From contig NC_015735.1 in assembly GCF_000219175.1 (NCBI RefSeq), forward strand, positions 360,001 to 392,000: a stretch of DNA of 32,000 nucleotides, written 5' to 3'. Origin of the DNA: Candidatus Moranella endobia PCIT (lineage in GTDB: Bacteria > Pseudomonadota > Gammaproteobacteria > Enterobacterales > Enterobacteriaceae). The translations under genes were made by a program, and so were the position numbers. This document shows, piece by piece, positions 31,803 through 32,000 of the stretch (positions within the stretch are counted from its first letter, which is position 1; each line of letters opens with the position of its first letter). The notes under the pieces are model-generated. The model ran no database searches and was not told where the DNA came from. It worked only from the letters and a program-made list of their open reading frames with translations.

Positions 31803-32000
31803 AATCTAGATATAGCTGCAGCCATTGCCGTGCCGACCAATGCAGACAACGTTTGAGCGCTGGTAGTCAGTAAATATTGCCCATATCATATATTGCTGCC
31901 TGCCCATGCGACCAGGTCGCAGTTACTTCTACTTCAGGCCCACCTGGAAAAATTGATTCGTTAACTTTAGGCGCGCGGTATCCTCAATCGACAATCACTA
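31803..32000 (+). pseudogene. dxr: DXP reductoisomerase, decayed 5' portion (continues beyond window)
   Basis: One frame reads DIAAAIAVPTNADNV*ALVVSKYC...LEKLIR*L*ARGILNRQSL. E. coli Dxr has [28 protein letters not shown] ... [22 protein letters not shown]. Stops at 31854, 31962 and 31968, with about 45 codons missing between the two matches. Located downstream of frr as in E. coli. Confidence 0.45.

Overview
This is a chromosomal segment from a gamma-proteobacterium of the Enterobacterales type. The proteins are collinear with E. coli orthologues and look highly similar by eye. The segment has the look of an intermediate-stage reduced, host-restricted (endosymbiont-like) genome.

I call 27 apparently intact housekeeping CDS, totalling about 25.7 kb or roughly 80% of the window by my coordinates: ftsH (5' partial), secG, nusA, infB, rbfA, truB, rpsO, pnp, deaD, ptsH, ptsI, rplM, rpsI, clsA, rplS, trmD, rimM, rpsP, ffh, mltC, trmB, rsmD, fabB, map, rpsB, tsf and frr. 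There are also two tRNAs, tRNA-Leu(GAG) and initiator tRNA-Met.

Several of the longer spacers, translated by eye, turn out to be decayed stubs of the genes that flank those positions in E. coli K-12. Support is good for rimP, pyrH, nlpI, yggX, glmM, glnD and dxr. Support is weak for cysK, crr, ypjD, mutY and yggL. In addition, tsf carries a 3' frameshift and MltC has lost its lipobox cysteine.

Gene order is a mosaic of about nine ancestral synteny blocks.

I see no CRISPR array, no transposase, IS or phage genes, no rRNA, no toxin/defence cassette and no novel multi-gene system. The interesting biology is the pattern of gene decay. Envelope, nucleotide, isoprenoid, folate, DNA-repair and nitrogen-sensing genes are lost, while translation, RNA-processing and export genes are kept.

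All homology statements come from by-eye comparison with E. coli sequences recalled from memory. No search was run, and the organism cannot be named from this window alone.
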